This document shows, piece after piece, positions 60,984-64,000 of a DNA stretch of 64,000 nt; position 1 is the stretch's first letter, and each line of letters opens with the position of its first letter. The stretch comes from Desulfomonilia bacterium (GTDB taxonomy: Bacteria > Desulfobacterota > Desulfomonilia > UBA1062). Made by a program: the position numbers and the translations under genes. The notes beneath the pieces are model-generated. The model was not told the origin of the DNA. It worked only from the letters and a program-made list of their open reading frames with translations, and made no database searches. Location: positions 1,056,001 through 1,120,000 of the forward strand of contig CAXXDQ010000003.1 of NCBI GenBank assembly GCA_963664325.2, in the 5' to 3' direction.

Positions 60984-61379
60984 ATGTGCAAGTTTTCAAT
61001 AGATGAAATGATTGGACAATATCCGGAAAAAAACAAACTTCCCTGTGCGGCTGCACATTTGATAGCAGTCCTGGCCGAAAAATCACCAATGGACGTGGGA
61101 AAGGCCGCGAATGGCTTGAATGTTGAACTGACATATTGCCAGCTCGGTCTTTTCGGCTATGGAAGGAAACGTAAATCATCTTATAAAATCCTTGGAAGAC
61201 CTGTTGAAATCGAGAAGATAATTCTGGATAAAATTAAGGCTGAAAGCTTGGAAGGAAAGATTATGTGTTCCGCATTATGGCTGATTGCAGATTCCTGCGG
61301 GATAAGCAGGGCGGAAGCAGGAAATGCAGCGGACTCTCTAGGATTGAAGATTAAAGGATGTCAGCTAGGGGCTTTTTAG
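60984..61379 (+). CDS. Hypothetical protein with two C...CQLGxF repeats
   Basis: AGGAGG RBS; LPCAAA...CQLGLFG and IMCSAL...CQLGAF. Confidence 0.75.
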   Translation: MCKFSIDEMIGQYPEKNKLPCAAAHLIAVLAEKSPMDVGKAANGLNVELTYCQLGLFGYGRKRKSSYKILGRPVEIEKIILDKIKAESLEGKIMCSALWLIADSCGISRAEAGNAADSLGLKIKGCQLGAF

Positions 61380-61453
61380 CCGGTTATGCGATCTTCACAA
61401 ACAGATAGTGAAGTGATAAAGCATTTTTTGTTGGCACTTCTCTTTTTAAATAA

Positions 61454-62092
61454 TTGGTAAAGGAGGGTGTGATGTCCCTGACAATATCATGGCTCGGCCA
61501 TGCCAGCGTGCTTGTTTCTGACGGAAATCTTAACGTATACTTTGACCCTTGGATGCTGAACGGCAACTTTCCGCCTGCGGATATAATAATTGTTACACAT
61601 GAGCATCACGATCATTACAGTGAACCGGATATCAGAGTTGTTTCAAAACCTGGCGTAAGGGTTGTTGCTCCGATGAAAATGACCATGGTTACTGATATAG
61701 TGAAACCGGGCGATAAGGTTTTAATAAGCGGGATAGAGATTATGGCAATTCCGGCCTATAATATCGGGAAGGCTTTTCATCCTAAAAATAATGGCTGGGC
61801 AGGGTATATAATCAATATGGACGGGAAAAAGATATATCATACTGGTGATACCGACAGAATACCGGAAATGATGGATATAAAAGTAGACATAGCTTTCATG
61901 CCTTCAGGAGGCACTTTTACTATGACACCAAGCGAGGCGGCCTTAGCCGTTCTTGATGTAGGGGCTAAAGTTGCCATACCAATACACTGGGGTGACATTG
62001 TGGGTTCGTTGGAGGATGCACAGGAATTCAAGAAACTTGCAGGGTGTGAAGTATATCTGCTTAAAAAGAATGAATCCCTAACCCTGGATTAG
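61454..62092 (+). CDS. MBL-fold metallo-hydrolase
   Basis: WLGHAS, THEHHDH, YHTGDT, PIHWG; true start probably MSLTISW behind AGGAGG. Confidence 0.88.
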   Translation: MVKEGVMSLTISWLGHASVLVSDGNLNVYFDPWMLNGNFPPADIIIVTHEHHDHYSEPDIRVVSKPGVRVVAPMKMTMVTDIVKPGDKVLISGIEIMAIPAYNIGKAFHPKNNGWAGYIINMDGKKIYHTGDTDRIPEMMDIKVDIAFMPSGGTFTMTPSEAALAVLDVGAKVAIPIHWGDIVGSLEDAQEFKKLAGCEVYLLKKNESLTLD

Positions 62093-62096
62093 CTAG

Positions 62097-64000
62097 ATGG
62101 AAAATGACGTTATCAGCCTGAACAGGGTTTTTGAGAATGCCCCGTTCGGTGTCTGTGCCTTTGATCCCGAGGGAAGAATCGCCTATGTGAATTCAAAATT
62201 CAGTTCGGATGTATCGAGAACCAGAGAAGACCTGCTTGGATCAATTATTTTTGAGAGATTGCCCAGACTTGAACTCGATGATGAGCTTACCAGGAACATC
62301 AGAGATCTTGTAGATAATAAGACGCCTTTTTCAATAATAATTGAGACTTTCAGTTCTCCAAAGTTAAGCGAATCAGGTGTTTTCCAAATTACAGGGCACT
62401 TTATCGATCCATACTATATAATTACAAATCATCTGCTGGGGCATGGTCTGGAGCAGGACAGGCGGTTTAGAGACCTTATACTCGATGCCCCAGATGTCAT
62501 CATACTGCTTAACAAAGGTATAATAAGTTTCTGTAATAAGGCTTTCACCGACATGCTTGGCATTCCGATATCCGACGTTATTGGAAAAGATTTTTCCGAG
62601 TTCGTCAAACTCGGCGAGGAGAATAATTTAGTTCAGACTGGTAACAATGGCACGGTTGCGTTTTCAGTTCAAATCACCCTTGACACCTCTTCAGGGAAAA
62701 AAATACTGGATGGCCGTTTCCATTCTGTTGACAATAGCCAAGGCATGTCCCTGGCCGTTCTGAGAGATGTTACCGAAAAAGTGGCGCTTGAGCAAAGGAT
62801 AATAAGACAGAATGAAGACCTGTCTGCAATCAACTCTATCTCCGAGACTTTGAGTTCGTCCATAAACATGCATGATGTGATAAGCAGGGTGTTGGAGATA
62901 GTGCTTGAAATTATGAACATCGAAACAGGTCTGGTTTTTCTGCTCAATGAAAGAACAAATACCTTAAAATGCATCCATTCCTATGGACTGCCGGATTATA
63001 TCGTTGATACACTCAAAGAGTTGAGGGTCGGTGAAGGCATTGCCGGCAGGGTTGCTGCAACAGGAGATCCGATTATTATTGAAAATGCCTCCGAGGATAT
63101 AAGAATAACCTCGGTAGCCTTCAGGCGATACGGGATAAAATCGTTCGCTTCAATTCCGATAAGATCAAGGACAAGGCTTATAGGTGTAATGAATCTCGGG
63201 GCATACGGCAAACGTGATATTACCGCTGACGACAAGCAGCTTCTGTTAAGTGTGGGTTTGCATATGGGGGCGGTGCTTGAGAATATAATTCTGTTCAACG
63301 AGATTGAAAAAACAACAGAAGACCTTAAAAGCGCCATGATGACGATCGAACACAGGAATGAAGACCTGAAAAGGCTCGTATATACAGTATCTCATGACCT
63401 TAAAAACCCGATAATTGCGATAAACGGGTTCACTACCAGGCTTTTAAAATCCATGTCTGACAGATTAAGCGAGAGAGAGATAAATTATCTTAATTCAATC
63501 AGAGAAAGCGGCCATCACATGGAAAGTTTTGTAAATGACCTGTTAAATTATTCTGCGGCAGAGAATGCCAAGCTGGAGGAAGAATCCCTTGATGTAGGAG
63601 ATGTAATTGAGCGCATAATAATTGAGCTGGAACCTCAGCTGGAAGCCAAATCCGGGAAAGTGGTGATTGATGGCGATATGCCCGTTATAATATCAGACCG
63701 TGCAAGAATAATTCAGATATTTTCAAACCTGATATCGAATGCAATCAAGTATTCCCATCCTGACCGGCAGCCCATAATCAGTATCGGCTACAGACCAAAA
63801 GCGGAGATGCATATATTCTATGTAAAGGATAATGGCATAGGAATACCGTCAGAATATCTTGAAAATGTATTCGACATGTTCTTCAGGACTTATGAAAACC
63901 TGGCTTCAGGAACGGGACTCGGCCTTTCAATTGTAAAAAAAGCCGTGAATGATATGAAAGGTGATATATGGATTGAGTCCGTGAAAAATTCCGGTTCAGT
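62097..64000 (+). CDS. PAS/GAF sensor histidine kinase, 3'-truncated by window edge (absent from ORF track)
   Basis: ATG at 62097 reads MENDVISLNRVFENAPFG; the same frame gives YTVSHDLKNP (63381), NAIKY, DNGIG and GTGLGLSIVKK. Confidence 0.85.
   Translation, partial: MENDVISLNRVFENAPFGVCAFDPEGRIAYVNSKFSSDVSRTREDLLGSIIFERLPRLELDDELTRNIRDLVDNKTPFSIIIETFSSPKLSESGVFQITGHFIDPYYIITNHLLGHGLEQDRRFRDLILDAPDVIILLNKGIISFCNKAFTDMLGIPISDVIGKDFSEFVKLGEENNLVQTGNNGTVAFSVQITLDTSSGKKILDGRFHSVDNSQGMSLAVLRDVTEKVALEQRIIRQNEDLSAINSISETLSSSINMHDVISRVLEIVLEIMNIETGLVFLLNERTNTLKCIHSYGLPDYIVDTLKELRVGEGIAGRVAATGDPIIIENASEDIRITSVAFRRYGIKSFASIPIRSRTRLIGVMNLGAYGKRDITADDKQLLLSVGLHMGAVLENIILFNEIEKTTEDLKSAMMTIEHRNEDLKRLVYTVSHDLKNPIIAINGFTTRLLKSMSDRLSEREINYLNSIRESGHHMESFVNDLLNYSAAENAKLEEESLDVGDVIERIIIELEPQLEAKSGKVVIDGDMPVIISDRARIIQIFSNLISNAIKYSHPDRQPIISIGYRPKAEMHIFYVKDNGIGIPSEYLENVFDMFFRTYENLASGTGLGLSIVKKAVNDMKGDIWIESVKNSGS

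Noticed and set aside
62669-63337. Minus-strand ORFs 62669..62974 and 62996..63337
   Set aside because: Antisense to the plus-strand histidine kinase starting at 62097

Overview
Bacterial chromosome window; gene content is consistent with a deltaproteobacterial/Desulfobacterota-type diderm (inference). (1) 142-30682 (minus strand) is a tandem array of eight paralogous lipoproteins sharing a signal-peptidase-II lipobox and a short N-terminal Ig-like module. Five carry stalks of ~94-aa PKD/K319L-like Ig repeats (18, 31, 6, 6, 6 by manual count) ending in a variable ~135-160 aa beta-rich tip. Three carry five Cys-rich PASTA-like repeats, an FN3-like domain and a variable C-terminus. The short genes form three ~5.07-kb [PKD gene -> PASTA gene] units. 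Tips appear swapped between stalks, two PASTA genes share ~1.29 kb of apparently identical DNA, and units have different candidate promoters (sigma28-like, sigma54-like with IHF). (2) 31.6-43.3 kb holds an M19-like amidohydrolase lipoprotein, a ninth family member with a beta-propeller tip frameshifted at G11, and two duplicated hybrid histidine kinases, the second broken by many insertions that look like sequencing artefacts. (3) 43.4-64 kb is core genome: rplU-rpmA-obgE-proB-proA-nadD-rsfS-rlmH, comEC, pilW/V/X/Y1, DUF218 protein, ADP-forming acyl-CoA ligase, MBL-fold hydrolase and a histidine kinase running off the right edge. No rRNA, tRNA, CRISPR, transposase, recombinase or reverse transcriptase was recognised. 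All counts and alignments were done by eye.
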